The notes below the pieces were generated by a model, which saw only the letters and a list, made by a program, of their open reading frames with translations, was not told where the DNA came from and did no database searches. A program made the translations under genes and the position numbers. A stretch of DNA of 32,782 nt from an uncultured Acidobacteriota bacterium (lineage in GTDB: Bacteria > Acidobacteriota > Vicinamibacteria > Fen-336 > JAGNNV01): assembly GCA_964494295.1 (NCBI GenBank), contig CAZBTT010000003.1, forward strand, positions 1-32,782. Direction: 5' to 3'. Of this stretch, positions 1 to 9,185 are shown piece after piece. Each line of letters begins with the position of its first letter. Within the stretch, counting starts at the first letter, position 1.

Positions 1-2
1 CG

Positions 3-185
3 ATACCGGTAGCCTCGTATCAGTGGTCGAGAAACGGCCGGCCCATCGCGGGAGCCACGCAGGCCACTCTCGAGATCACCAACGCGCGGAAGGGGAGCAA
101 CGATGTCTACTCCGTTTCCGTGAAGAACCCTTCCGGCATCGTCACGAGCGAACCCGTGCGCCTCACCGGTGCGGTCGCGCGGTAG
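3..185 (+). CDS. C-terminal end of an immunoglobulin (I-set-like) domain protein, 5' truncated by window edge
   Basis: Frame from nt 3 reads IPVASYQWSRNGRPIAGATQATLEITNARKGSNDVYSVSVKNPSGIVTSEPVRLTGAVAR*. This matches the Ig pattern YQW.RNG.PI.GAT..TL.I...Y.V.V.N..G..TS. Not in the ORF track. Confidence 0.8.
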   Translation: MPVASYQWSRNGRPIAGATQATLEITNARKGSNDVYSVSVKNPSGIVTSEPVRLTGAVAR

Positions 186-194
186 GACGCAGGC

Positions 195-1109
195 TCACAG
201 GGGCACGTCCGCGTCTTCGACCGCGAGGTGCGCGCGGAGTTCGAAATGCTCGAAGCCGTGGGCGAAGGGCCGGCCGTTCCAGACTTCGAACATGGGCTGG
301 TTCGCGGGAGCCAGGCCGCTGGTTGGGAGCCAGGTGAGGTAGAGCCAGTGGAGGGCGCGCAACTCGAGGTCGATGCCCCCCGCGATGTCCACTTCTGCCA
401 CCCGCATGGGCGAGAACTCCGCGATGCTCACCTCGACATCTCCCTCGGTTCCCGAAGGAACCTCGAGACCCACGTCGTAGCGACATTTTTCGAGCGGAAC
501 GATCTCCGGGTCGTCCCATTGATAGCCGAGCCACTGGCCATCCGCGAGGCCGCGTGCCTCGGCCCATGACATCAGGCGGGCGATCGCTTCAGGAACACCG
601 CCGACGTACGGTGTCGTCACCCGGATGTAGGCGACTCGGCGAGCAGGGATATCGCGCAGGCGCACCGCGAAGCCGTCCGGATTCTCCCCGGCGGGCAGGC
701 CCTTGAGGTGGTGTTGGCCCGGCGGCGCGACGGAGGCGAGCATTTCCTCCCGCCGCGGACGCCGGAAGGCCTCGGCGTCGAAGACGCTCGGGGGCACGCC
801 GTACTGCGTCCGGAACGAGCGCGAGAAGTCGGAGCTCGACGAAAAGCCGCAGGCAAGCGCGATCCCGGTGAGGCTCGCGCTCTCGCGATGGGAGAGCAGA
901 TACACGGCGCGCTCGAGGCGGATCCGTTTCACGAAGGCGGCGAGGGTCTCGCCCATCAGGCCGTGGAAGATCCGGTGGAAGTGATAGGGCGAGAAGCAAG
1001 CGGCTTTCGCCACTTCCTCGAGGGGCAGCGGCTCCGCGAGATTTCGGGTGACATAGTCCACCGCGCGATTGATGCGGCCCACGTAGTCGAGATTCGCAAG
1101 ATTTGGCAA
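195..1109 (-). CDS. AraC family transcriptional regulator with C-terminal GyrI-like ligand-binding domain
   Basis: AraC HTH motifs LEEVAKAACFSPYHFHRIF and IALACGFSSSSDFSRSFR; GyrI-like DDPEIVPLEKCRYDVG and WLYLTWLPTSG. Start moved to TTG 1109 (GAGG upstream), because the track start at 1199 overlaps the divergent gene. Confidence 0.9.
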   Translation of the reverse strand: MPNLANLDYVGRINRAVDYVTRNLAEPLPLEEVAKAACFSPYHFHRIFHGLMGETLAAFVKRIRLERAVYLLSHRESASLTGIALACGFSSSSDFSRSFRTQYGVPPSVFDAEAFRRPRREEMLASVAPPGQHHLKGLPAGENPDGFAVRLRDIPARRVAYIRVTTPYVGGVPEAIARLMSWAEARGLADGQWLGYQWDDPEIVPLEKCRYDVGLEVPSGTEGDVEVSIAEFSPMRVAEVDIAGGIDLELRALHWLYLTWLPTSGLAPANQPMFEVWNGRPFAHGFEHFELRAHLAVEDADVPL

Positions 1110-1127
1110 GCCGGCCCTCAGACCCCG

Positions 1128-1137
1128 ATTGTAGGCT
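1128..1137. promoter_or_regulatory. Overlapping divergent -10-like hexamers (TACAAT minus 1133-1128; TAGGCT plus 1132-1137)
   Basis: Both lie in the 37-bp gap between the divergent AraC and VOC genes. Confidence 0.4.
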
Positions 1138-1146
1138 GCCCGCACC

Positions 1147-1530
1147 ATGACAAAACAACCCACATCGCTCGGCGCCTTCTCCGTCAGCCTGGCCGTCAAG
1201 GACCTCGGCGCATCGCGCGCCTTCTACGAAAAGCTCGGCTTCGCGGGGGTGGGCGGCGACTCCAAACACTGGCTCATCCTTCGCAATGGAACGGTCACGA
1301 TCGGCCTCTTCCAGGGCATGTTCGAGCGCAACATCCTCACCTTCAATCCCGGATGGGATGAGACCTGTCAGACGGTGGAGGGATTCACGGATGTTCGGGA
1401 GCACCAGCGCCGCCTCAAGGCTCAAGGCCTCGAACTTCAGACCGAAGCCGACGAGAGCACGAAAGGTCCCGCGAGTTTCGTTCTGGTGGATCCGGACGGG
1501 AACCCGGTTCTGGTCGACCAGCACGTGTAG
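1147..1530 (+). CDS. VOC/glyoxalase family protein
   Basis: SLAVKDLGASRAFYEKLGF and C-terminal FVLVDPDGNPVLVDQH. Confidence 0.9.
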   Translation: MTKQPTSLGAFSVSLAVKDLGASRAFYEKLGFAGVGGDSKHWLILRNGTVTIGLFQGMFERNILTFNPGWDETCQTVEGFTDVREHQRRLKAQGLELQTEADESTKGPASFVLVDPDGNPVLVDQHV

Positions 1531-1664
1531 CGAGCCGCGGGGTGACGCCGCCCGAACTGTCACAAGAGACCCGGGGTCGTGGCGCTTGTGGCCTCATCCT
1601 CTTGCCTGCGATCACGGACGGGCATGTCGCCCGCCTCGGGTTCGCGGAGGACGAGGGTAAGGAC

Positions 1665-2480
1665 ATGAGGACACTCATTCGAGTCGCGGCGATCACCGCA
1701 TTCATTAGCTCGGCATCGACGATCGCGTTCGCGCAGGAGGTCGTCCGGGTCGAGGCCTCGGCTGCTTTCGATGCCGAGGTTGTCCGCACGCTTCAGCAGC
1801 TCACCGAAGCGGCCCTTCGCGAGCGCGGCGTCGCGGATCGCAGATTCGTCCTGCGGGCGGGACGGCTGGGCAACAAGATCCCGATGTCCCTCGAAGAGAC
1901 GGCGCGCGATGGTTCGGCCGCGCACGTGGTGAGTCTCGCCGCCACGGGCATCGAAGAGGCCGATGTCGTCATCTCGCGTTTGGTCGATGCGCTGGTTTCA
2001 AAGAAGAGCGTGTCCTCGACCGCGCGCATGCGGACGGTGGTGGATGTGGAAACGACCGAACCGAAGAAGCTGCCGAGCGAACGTCACTGGACCATTGGCG
2101 CGCCGGCCTTTCCGGGCGGCTTCTACTCGGCCTACACCCGCGAAACCGCGAACTGGCGCGTGGACCTCACACTGCAGGGCACGGGGAAGTGGGGCGAATC
2201 GGGCTCAGGCGCGGGGTTCTTCGGCGTGGGCGGCGCGTATCTGTTTTCCGACGGGCCGTCGTCGCCCTTCATCGGGGGAGGGGCGGGCATGGTGTGGGTG
2301 GACGACAAGGAAGGAACGGGGGCTCATATCGAGGCCGGCATGGAACTGCTGCGGTTGCACCGGATGCGCTTCATCATCGCCGCCGATGTCATCATCCCCG
2401 CCTTCGATCCGCGAGAGGGCAATCGATTCAAGGACGCGAAGCGCGTCTATCCATCGATTCAACTGCGATTGGGCTTTTGA
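1665..2480 (+). CDS. Exported hypothetical protein, probable C-terminal outer-membrane beta-barrel
   Basis: TAAGGA upstream of ATG 1665; signal peptide ending AFA-Q; Gly/aromatic alternating strands (FFGVGGAYLF, PFIGGGAGMVW); ends in LRLGF with a terminal Phe. Confidence 0.7.
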   Translation: MRTLIRVAAITAFISSASTIAFAQEVVRVEASAAFDAEVVRTLQQLTEAALRERGVADRRFVLRAGRLGNKIPMSLEETARDGSAAHVVSLAATGIEEADVVISRLVDALVSKKSVSSTARMRTVVDVETTEPKKLPSERHWTIGAPAFPGGFYSAYTRETANWRVDLTLQGTGKWGESGSGAGFFGVGGAYLFSDGPSSPFIGGGAGMVWVDDKEGTGAHIEAGMELLRLHRMRFIIAADVIIPAFDPREGNRFKDAKRVYPSIQLRLGF

Positions 2481-2496
2481 GCTCCCCGCAGGGAGC
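2481..2496. terminator. Hairpin between convergent genes
   Basis: GCTCCC-CGCA-GGGAGC, a 6-bp perfect stem in a 20-bp convergent gap; no clear U-tract. Confidence 0.4.
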
Positions 2497-2500
2497 GCGG

Positions 2501-4930
2501 CTATTCCGCGCGCAGAGCTACCAGGGGATCGACACGCGAGGCTTTCCGGGCAGGCAGAAAGCTCGCGGCGATGACAACCATGATCTGAAGCGCGAGGGTC
2601 CCAAGCAGAATCGCCGGCCCGGGCGGCTCGACGCCCACCATTCGCGATCCGATCACCAGGCTCATGGCGAAACCAGCGAAGCCGCCGAGGACGATTCCCG
2701 GCCCGACGAGCCAAAGCGCCTCGGCCAGCACGAGACGACGGAGATCGACCCGGGATGCGCCGAGAGCCAGGCGCACGCCGAACTCGCGGGTCCGCTGGCT
2801 CACCACGTGATGAGTGACACCGACAAGGCCGACGCTCGCGAGTCCCACCGCGAGCAGACCGCACAAGCCGAAGAAGCCGGCGAGGGTTCGCACCGGCCAC
2901 AGTGGAAGCGCCATCCGCTGCTCCATGGTTTCGATCGTGTGCGGAGGCACGCCTGGAGCGAGGTCCTGCAGGCTTTGCCGCATCGGCGCGAGAAGGTCCG
3001 TGGCCGGGCCGCGACCGCGAGCGACGAGGGTGACGGGCCCCGCGAAATCGGCTTCGGAGATGGCCCTGAAGACCGTCGGTTTGGGCGGCGCGGCGGTGAG
3101 GCTGCGAAGGGACGTGTCCGCGACGACGCCGACCACGACCCGCTCTATCCCCGCGTCATCCCGAAAGCGCTGACCGATTGGATGAGTTCCGGGCCACAAG
3201 GCCGCGGCCGTGGATGTCGTGACCATGACCGCATCACGATCCGCGGTGTCGCGCGGGTCGAAGAGTCGTCCCAGCCGCAAGGGCACGTCCATCGTGGCGA
3301 AGTACCGCGGGTCAACCGCGAACACCTCCGCAACCGGGCAGGTCGTGGCCTCGCATGTCTGTCCCTCGCGGAATACCCGTATGTTGTTCGCGAAACCGAC
3401 GTAGAAGGGAGCGCGATCCGCGAAACCCGCGGCGGCGACATCGGGGCGCAACTCCAGCCGCCTGGCCAGATTCTCGATCAGCTCTCGTGAGCGGGCGGCG
3501 TCATGCCCGTAGTGCCGCGCGTCGACGATCATGATCGCGGTGTTGCCCGTGTTGAATCCAGTGTCCGCGGCCAGAGCACCCAGAAAGGTCCGGCCAAAGA
3601 GCACCGCGGCGATCAGGAACACCGTGGAGCCCGTCACCTGAACCAGGAGGAACGCGCGGCGGGCGCGAGCCTGCGGCCGGCTGCCCACCGAGCCCGAAGC
3701 GCTGCCCCGCACGAGACGGGCCACGTCGGCTTTCCAGAGTTGCCAAGCCGGTGCGATCGCCGGAACGATGGCAGCCACCAGCGAGGCCGCGATGGCGAAC
3801 GCCACCAGCCGCCAGTCCATGGAGAAGTGAAGCCTCTGTGGAATCGGCGCGGGCAGACTGAAAGTGGAGAGCAAGGACGCGCTCCAATTCGCGAGCAGCA
3901 GCGCGAAGGCGCCGGCGATTGTGGCGAGGACCACGCCTTCGGTCAGGAGTTGGCGAATGAGTCGCCCCCGGCTTGCGCCTATCGCCGCGCGAACGCCCAT
4001 TTCGCCTTGCCGGTCGGAGGAGCGCGCCAGAAGGAGTCCCGCGACGTTGAAGCACGCGATCAGCAGCACGACGGCAACCGCGCTGAGGGCGAGGGCCGCG
4101 GCGGGGCGCAGGGATCGGGCTTCCGGATGACCGTCGATCAGTCGTTCGAACTGAACCTGGGCGCTCGAAGGTTCTGTCCCTCGAAACTCCTTCACGATCG
4201 GAAGGACATCGAAGGCGACGGCCGCGGCAGTGATTCCCTCGCGGGGCCTGGCAATCATGGTGAGCCACGTATTCGAGACCGTGTCGTAGTCCACCGGCAG
4301 CCCGACCGCGCGGCGTGCCGCGAGGGGAACCCAGAGATCGGGTTCGAAGAGCCCTCCCGGTCCCTGGAAACCATCGCGCATGACGCCGACCACGCGTGCT
4401 TGCCTTCCGCCCAGGGTCACGCTCAGCATCGCGAGGGACGGGTTCGCGTCGAGTCGAGCGCGCCAGAAGCGTTCGCTTACCACCACCGCGACATCGTCCA
4501 CGCGCGCGTCGGCCGTCAAGAGCGCACGACCCAGCCCGATGTCCGGAGCGACCACGTCAAAGTATCGAGACGACACGAGGAGCGCCCACACCTGACGTGT
4601 CTCGGCGCCGTCGCCAATGGCGAGAGGCATCCGGCCCTCGGCGGCCACGGCTTCGAGGGTCCGCGCATTCCGCTCGATGGCTTCGAAAAGAGGCAGGGGC
4701 ACGTTCTGGAGCGGGCGGCCGCGAGGACCCGCGAAGAGCCATCCGGCTCGGTCGGCGCCGGGCCGGTCCGGGGACCGAAACACCAGCGCGTTGACCGCGC
4801 TGAAGGCCACGGTGTTGACGCCAAGACCCACCGCCAGCGTCGCGATCACGAGAGCGCTGCTCCCCGGCCGGCGCTTCAAGGCGCGGAATGCCTGCTTCAG
4901 GTCGGTTCTAATCCAGTCTGAGTTGAACAA
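2501..4930 (-). CDS. Duplicated MacB-PCD/FtsX ABC permease (ADOP-type orphan permease)
   Basis: DLKQAFRALKRRPG, LLIACFNVAGLLLAR..RQGEMGVRAAIGASRGRLIRQLLTE, second repeat QRTREFGVRLALGA, C-terminal PARKASRVDPLVALRAE. Start TTG 4930 is tentative. No adjacent ATPase. Confidence 0.9.
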   Translation of the reverse strand: MFNSDWIRTDLKQAFRALKRRPGSSALVIATLAVGLGVNTVAFSAVNALVFRSPDRPGADRAGWLFAGPRGRPLQNVPLPLFEAIERNARTLEAVAAEGRMPLAIGDGAETRQVWALLVSSRYFDVVAPDIGLGRALLTADARVDDVAVVVSERFWRARLDANPSLAMLSVTLGGRQARVVGVMRDGFQGPGGLFEPDLWVPLAARRAVGLPVDYDTVSNTWLTMIARPREGITAAAVAFDVLPIVKEFRGTEPSSAQVQFERLIDGHPEARSLRPAAALALSAVAVVLLIACFNVAGLLLARSSDRQGEMGVRAAIGASRGRLIRQLLTEGVVLATIAGAFALLLANWSASLLSTFSLPAPIPQRLHFSMDWRLVAFAIAASLVAAIVPAIAPAWQLWKADVARLVRGSASGSVGSRPQARARRAFLLVQVTGSTVFLIAAVLFGRTFLGALAADTGFNTGNTAIMIVDARHYGHDAARSRELIENLARRLELRPDVAAAGFADRAPFYVGFANNIRVFREGQTCEATTCPVAEVFAVDPRYFATMDVPLRLGRLFDPRDTADRDAVMVTTSTAAALWPGTHPIGQRFRDDAGIERVVVGVVADTSLRSLTAAPPKPTVFRAISEADFAGPVTLVARGRGPATDLLAPMRQSLQDLAPGVPPHTIETMEQRMALPLWPVRTLAGFFGLCGLLAVGLASVGLVGVTHHVVSQRTREFGVRLALGASRVDLRRLVLAEALWLVGPGIVLGGFAGFAMSLVIGSRMVGVEPPGPAILLGTLALQIMVVIAASFLPARKASRVDPLVALRAE

Positions 4931-4988
4931 GGGATCCCTTGTCCTCGAGGACGTATTTCGACTCCGGTTGGTTCCGTGGCGCGCGGCC

Positions 4989-5885
4989 TCAGGCTCGTGA
5001 AGGTCGGGCCGCGGTTGGTCGAGCCGCACGAGGGTCGAGGACGCCGGTCGCCATGGCGATGCCGAGGAGGATCACCGCGCAACCGAGGACCATGCTCGCG
5101 GTAAGTCGCTCACCCAGGAACAGCCATCCCCAACCCATTCCGAAAACCGGGATGAGATAGGTCACGGCGATCGCCTTCGCGGCGCCCGCCCTCGCGATCA
5201 GGCGGAAATAGAGAACGTAGGCGAGTCCGGTGCACACGACGCCGAGCACGAGAGCGAAAAGCCACCCGGAAACGGACGGCGTGCGGGCCGGCCAGAAGTA
5301 CATCGCCGGGGCCGCGAGCACCACGGCTGCCCCGATCTGGCTCCCCGTCGCGATGACGAGCGGGGAGGCGCCGATGAGCCTCGCCTTCGTGTAGTGCGCG
5401 GCGATGCCATAACAAAGTGCGGCCAGCAGACACGCGAGGATGGCCGAGAGGTCTCCACCCAGCGAGAGCCGGCCGGAAACCAGAATCAAGACGCCGACGA
5501 AGCCGAGGGCGAGGCCAAAGACGCGCGCGGGCGACAGCGACTCCCGGAACCAGATGTAGGCCACGAGCGCGCCAAACAGGGGTGCGGTCGCGTTGAGCAC
5601 CGAGGCGAAACCCGCGTTCAGCGAGAGCGTGGCGAAGGCGAAGAGCGAGAAGGGAATCGCCGAATTGAGCGCTCCGACAACACCGAGCGGTACGAGGCGG
5701 CCCTTCATCTCGGAGAATCCGTTGCGGTGGCTCAAGACAACGGACAGGAACGCCGCGGCCACCGCGACCCGCACTGCGATCAGGGGCACCGGGCCGAACT
5801 CGGGCGCCGCAACCCGCATGAAGAGAAATGAAGCCCCCCAGATGGCGCCGAGCAGGAGGAGATCGATGAGATCGCGCCGTGTCAT
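4989..5885 (-). CDS. DMT/EamA family transporter
   Basis: About 10 hydrophobic segments; LGAIWGASFLF, ASVLNATAPLF, VTYLIPVFG..WG..FLGE. Confidence 0.92.
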   Translation of the reverse strand: MTRRDLIDLLLLGAIWGASFLFMRVAAPEFGPVPLIAVRVAVAAAFLSVVLSHRNGFSEMKGRLVPLGVVGALNSAIPFSLFAFATLSLNAGFASVLNATAPLFGALVAYIWFRESLSPARVFGLALGFVGVLILVSGRLSLGGDLSAILACLLAALCYGIAAHYTKARLIGASPLVIATGSQIGAAVVLAAPAMYFWPARTPSVSGWLFALVLGVVCTGLAYVLYFRLIARAGAAKAIAVTYLIPVFGMGWGWLFLGERLTASMVLGCAVILLGIAMATGVLDPRAARPTAARPSRA

Positions 5886-5900
5886 GGTCTGTTCCCTTTC

Positions 5901-8174
5901 CTACTTTCGGAGGAGAACGGAGGCCTTGATGAAGAACTGTCGTCCGTCGCTCAAGAGACCGTGTGCGGTGCGGAGCAGGCCGCTTGGTCCTGGCGTCAGT
6001 CGCGGGTCGAGATTCTGGAGGTTGTTGTTGTAGCCGACGTAAAGCGCGGTTCCGGGCGTCTTGAGCCACGTCAAGAGAAGATCGACGTTCAGATTGCGGC
6101 GTCCCTGCAGTGAGGTCCGCGTCTCGGCCGCCTTGAGGTCGTCGAACTGGACGATGGCGCGCGCGGAAAGAGCTCGGCTGAACTGGAAATTCGCGCGGCC
6201 GCGAATGATGTGATCGGTGAAGATGGAGGCCCCCGAGCGATCCTTCAATTGAGTTAGCAGGTAGCTGGCCGCGAGGGAAAGACGTGTGGATGGCCGGACA
6301 TCGACGGCGGTGCTCAGTTCATGGAGATCAGCGGAACCGGGCAAGTCGCGATGGGCCGGCGCGAGATTGATTCCGTCTCCCGTCGATGCCTTCATCGTGA
6401 TGGTCAGCGAGCGTGTGAAGCTCGTGGAGAACTCGAGGCCCGCGCGGTCCTGGTCGAAGGCGAGGCGCTGGTCCACCGAGTCAACCTCCTCCGGTCGCAA
6501 GCCTACCCGGGCGTCCTGGTAAAAGAGCGACAACTTTGTAAGCCCCGGCCATTCGAAGGAGAACTTCGGCGTGAGCGTACGGTCGAGAGGATCGTTCGCG
6601 TGATCACGAACTTCGCTGACCACGAGTTCGGGCCCGAACGACAGCAGGCGCGACGAAGCGGGCATCCACTTGTACGAGATCGTCTGGTCGAGGGAGCGAA
6701 GGTTGGTTCGCTCCACGAAACCAAGCGTCGTGCGGAACTCGGGACTGCGATCGTTGAAGTCGGCGGTGTAGGCGAGCCGGCGGCCCGCCCGCGACACGGT
6801 GGCCCGGTACGCTGGCCCGTCGAGATTCGCTCTTGCGGTCTCGCGCGTGGCGCTCGCCGCGGCCTGCAGCGTGGCGAACCAGTTCGCGCCGAACTTCAGG
6901 CGGGCATCGACACCGGCCACACGGTTGGAGTCTCCCCCGGCCTCGTGGCTGCTGAGGAAGATCCCCAGACTCGATTCCTGGCCGACATCGCGGTTCACGC
7001 GCAGGACAAGAACGTTCGCCGCCGGTCCCGAGCCCGGCTCATCGCGCACGACGAGCGCCCCTATGGCGACGCTTCCCAATCGTCCCGTCAGTCGCCCCCC
7101 GACATCCGGGTTGGCGATTCGCCGCGAGAAGAGGAGCTGAATCGGGGTGTCGAAGTAGCTGGCGTTTTCGAGGAAGAAGGGACGCTTCTCGGGGAAGAAG
7201 GTCTCGAAACGCTTGTTCACTGTGACCTGCGGCTCGTCGGATTCGACCTGGCTGAAGTCGGGGTTGATGGTGAGGTCCAGGCTCAGGCTGTCCTTCACCA
7301 CCAGCTTCGCGTCCGCGCCGATCTCGGCTTCGGCCGGCTCGGTGACGAAACGGCCGCCCTGGTGCGGGTCGACCTCGAGGGTGCGGTACGAACGCGCGCT
7401 GACATAGGGGACGATCTGCGCGTTCCGGCCCGGTGAGACATCCTGGAGCCCGTCCATCACCGCGGCCTGGTTCATCCGGCCCGCGACCCGCGTGGAGTAG
7501 TGGGGCCAGAAGCCCTCCTCGTTCTTGCGCGCGATACCCCGGTAGACGAGAAAGCCCCAGCTTTGAAGGCTCTCGCGAGGGAAGCGCAGGCTCTTGAATG
7601 GAACAGTCAGGAGGACGATGTATCCCTCGTCCGTCCGCTTCGATTCGGTCCGCCACACCGTGTCGAACGAAAGATCCCAGCCCTTCCCCTCCGTCCAGAG
7701 GCCGTCCTGCTGAACTCCGAGTGCGTTGGCCTGAAACCCGTAGGCGTGTTTCCGGTCCTTGAATGTGTCGATCTGCAGCGCGACGCTGTCTTCCGACGGG
7801 GGCACGCGGTCACGGCCGTTCAGGTGTGCGCGAATTCCAGAAGGGTCGGAATCGAAGCACACGAAGACCGCATGAAGGTGCTTCTCGTCGTAGCCCAAGT
7901 ACACCTCGGTCCGTTCGCTCATGGGCGCGCCGTCCCGAGGCAGGCGATTGATCAGACCCTCGGCCCTGGACATCTCGGAAGCGACGCCGCGAGGCTTCAT
8001 TCCCTCGAAGTCATCGAGTCGTGGGGCCCGTTCGATCTTCGGAACGGTGAGCCGGGGCTGCTCTTCCTGCAGGGCGCCCTGCGCTCCGGCGGCGGGACTG
8101 ACGCCAACGAGCAGAGCGGCGGCGAGAAGGACCAGGGTCGAACGAATGTCTTGCTTCAAGTCGGGAATCTCCAT
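5901..8174 (-). CDS. CBM9-like plus DUF5916-type outer-membrane protein
   Basis: Signal peptide; TEVYLGYDEKHLH, TVPFKSLRF, LDLTINPDFSQVESD, FFPEKRPFFLE, LFSRRI. Start uncertain (ATG 8174 or TTG 8159). Confidence 0.8.
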   Translation of the reverse strand: MEIPDLKQDIRSTLVLLAAALLVGVSPAAGAQGALQEEQPRLTVPKIERAPRLDDFEGMKPRGVASEMSRAEGLINRLPRDGAPMSERTEVYLGYDEKHLHAVFVCFDSDPSGIRAHLNGRDRVPPSEDSVALQIDTFKDRKHAYGFQANALGVQQDGLWTEGKGWDLSFDTVWRTESKRTDEGYIVLLTVPFKSLRFPRESLQSWGFLVYRGIARKNEEGFWPHYSTRVAGRMNQAAVMDGLQDVSPGRNAQIVPYVSARSYRTLEVDPHQGGRFVTEPAEAEIGADAKLVVKDSLSLDLTINPDFSQVESDEPQVTVNKRFETFFPEKRPFFLENASYFDTPIQLLFSRRIANPDVGGRLTGRLGSVAIGALVVRDEPGSGPAANVLVLRVNRDVGQESSLGIFLSSHEAGGDSNRVAGVDARLKFGANWFATLQAAASATRETARANLDGPAYRATVSRAGRRLAYTADFNDRSPEFRTTLGFVERTNLRSLDQTISYKWMPASSRLLSFGPELVVSEVRDHANDPLDRTLTPKFSFEWPGLTKLSLFYQDARVGLRPEEVDSVDQRLAFDQDRAGLEFSTSFTRSLTITMKASTGDGINLAPAHRDLPGSADLHELSTAVDVRPSTRLSLAASYLLTQLKDRSGASIFTDHIIRGRANFQFSRALSARAIVQFDDLKAAETRTSLQGRRNLNVDLLLTWLKTPGTALYVGYNNNLQNLDPRLTPGPSGLLRTAHGLLSDGRQFFIKASVLLRK

Positions 8175-8449
8175 CCACCCTCGAGACCACCACCGGCCTC
8201 GAGGCGACGCGGAAGATACGCATTGCGAAAGAACCCGACTATCTGTTTCTTGCTCTTTCATGCATCGCTTTCCCGAATTCGCACACAGTTCATTCCGTTT
8301 GATGTCGTCGTCGGACTCGTCCTAAAAAAATTCTTCGCCTCCATCGCGCATTCATCAAACAAAAGGCGGGTCGCGATCGAAAGGGCAGGATTGCGCCACG
8401 GGCCCTGGTCGCGCGTGTCGATCGGCGTAGTCGCGCCGTCCAAGATCGT

Positions 8450-8531
8450 GAAACCGTCGAAGGCTCTGAGGCGTCGCGCGCCCGCTCCAGACGCGGCCCG
8501 GACGAAACCTTCGAAGATCAGGACGCGTCTA
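8450..8531 (+). promoter_or_regulatory. Two tandem ECF-sigma-like promoters GAAACC-N16-CGTC
   Basis: 8450-8475 and 8504-8529 match at 19/26 nt with identical spacing, upstream of the AAGGAGG RBS of the 8564 gene. Confidence 0.55.
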
Positions 8532-8563
8532 CTCGCATAACCCATCCAAGGAGGACCAGGGTC

Positions 8564-9169
8564 ATGCGAAACACGTTCATCGCGGTTTGCCTCATGCTCT
8601 CCCCCTTAAGCGCCGTCGCGGCTCCACCCGAGCCCGTGCCCACGGCGTCACCCTGGTCAGCCTGGTCGCGCACCCGGCCGCTAAGCGCCGGCGCGATAGC
8701 CCTTCTCAAGGACGCCGTCGACCAGTCCGCGATCGTGGAGGACCTTCTCGAGCAGATCGAGCGGACCGATCTGGTGGTCTACCTCATGGACTCCATGCCC
8801 GGGGTGTTCACCGGGCCGAAGTCCTCGATGGTGTTCCTTTCCGGCGACACGGCCAGCCGCTATCTCCTGATCCGGCTCGACCAGATGCGATTGCCGCAGC
8901 CCGAACGCATCGCGGCCCTTGCACACGAACTCCATCACGCCCTCGAGGTGGCGGCGGCGCCCGAAGTGAAGGGCGCCTCGGACATGGCCGGGCTGTACCG
9001 GCGGATCGGCTGGGAGACATCCAAGGGCCGGTTCGAGAGCCGCGGCGCTCAGGCCATCGCCCTTCAGGTCTTCAAGCAACTGGGAAAACGGGACCGGGGC
9101 GAGAGGATCGCGCGCGCCGAAGATGGAGTTGTCGCACCCTCGGCCGCGGGCGGACCGTCTTACCACTGA
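8564..9169 (+). CDS. Secreted hypothetical protein with HExxH zinc-binding motif
   Basis: Strong AAGGAGG RBS; signal peptide; IAALAHELHHALEVA, with a downstream Glu in RFES. Confidence 0.75.
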   Translation: MRNTFIAVCLMLSPLSAVAAPPEPVPTASPWSAWSRTRPLSAGAIALLKDAVDQSAIVEDLLEQIERTDLVVYLMDSMPGVFTGPKSSMVFLSGDTASRYLLIRLDQMRLPQPERIAALAHELHHALEVAAAPEVKGASDMAGLYRRIGWETSKGRFESRGAQAIALQVFKQLGKRDRGERIARAEDGVVAPSAAGGPSYH

Positions 9170-9185
9170 GGGCGCCCGGGTCGGC

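Noticed and set aside
1547-1559. 13-mer GCCGCCCGAACTG repeated at 18538-18550, both intergenic
   Set aside because: Several 13-mer matches are expected by chance in 33 kb of high-GC DNA, and the flanks do not align.
1558-1590. TGTCACA resembling an ECF41 -35 box
   Set aside because: No CGTC at the required spacing.
8258-8545. 95-aa minus-strand ORF in the large intergenic gap
   Set aside because: No motifs, no clear RBS, and it overlaps the candidate promoter region of the divergent gene.
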